The position numbers and the translations under genes are program-made. From a virus (Duplodnaviria > Caudoviricetes): a DNA stretch of 54,982 bases. Below are positions 54,891-54,982 of the stretch, piece after piece (within the stretch, counting starts at the first letter, position 1; every line of letters begins with the position of its first letter). The stretch lies in IMG/VR virus record IMGVR_UViG_3300037510_000213, positions 1 to 54,982 of that record. One strand, written 5' to 3'. The notes below the pieces were generated by a model, which was not told the origin of the DNA, ran no database searches, and was given only the letters and a program-made list of their open reading frames with translations.

Positions 54891-54982
54891 CGCGCTTTAC
54901 TCCATTCTGCAAAACACCTAGCGGGGACGCGATTCATTGTCCAGTTGAGCATATCTGCGCATGATGTTCTGTTCAGTGTTTC
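54856..54982. repeat. Terminal direct repeat, right copy
   Basis: Identical to 1..127; the ORFs 32..421 and 54129..54890 abut across the junction. Confidence 0.95.

Noticed and set aside
1-54982. Alternative genetic code
   Set aside because: Hallmark genes are full length in the standard code with tight stop/start coupling using all three stops

Overview
Apparently complete, circular (127-bp terminal overlap; unit length 54,855 bp) tailed dsDNA phage genome of siphovirus type. Almost all genes are on the minus strand. The late arm reads terS-terL-portal(MuF-like fusion)-protease/scaffold-major capsid, then, across the contig ends, a block of four glycosyltransferase genes interleaved with small genes, then neck, tail tube, frameshifted tail chaperones, tape measure, baseplate and fibre. 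The early arm encodes a lambda-O-like replication initiator with internal iterons, DnaB, Sak4-like recombinase, ThyX, MazG-like, SLOG, HNH/GIY-YIG nucleases and ribbon-helix-helix regulators. A plus-strand accessory array (29.7-36.4 kb) carries a DNA-modification set: a DpdA/TGT-like protein plus C5 and N6-adenine methyltransferases. I found no integrase, CI-type repressor or endolysin by eye. Instead there is an actin-like ParM-ParR pair with 11-bp-phased repeats (probable phage-plasmid) and a membrane-protein-only operon at the lysis position. Non-coding highlights are a tRNA-like gene with an elongated anticodon arm, a structured leader shared by two unrelated HNH genes, a 12-mer-plus-hairpin leader motif, a TGACATGTCA operator and short direct repeats bracketing apparently inserted genes. 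All family calls come from motif recognition, not database searches. The host is unknown; Chloroflexota is only a low-confidence guess.
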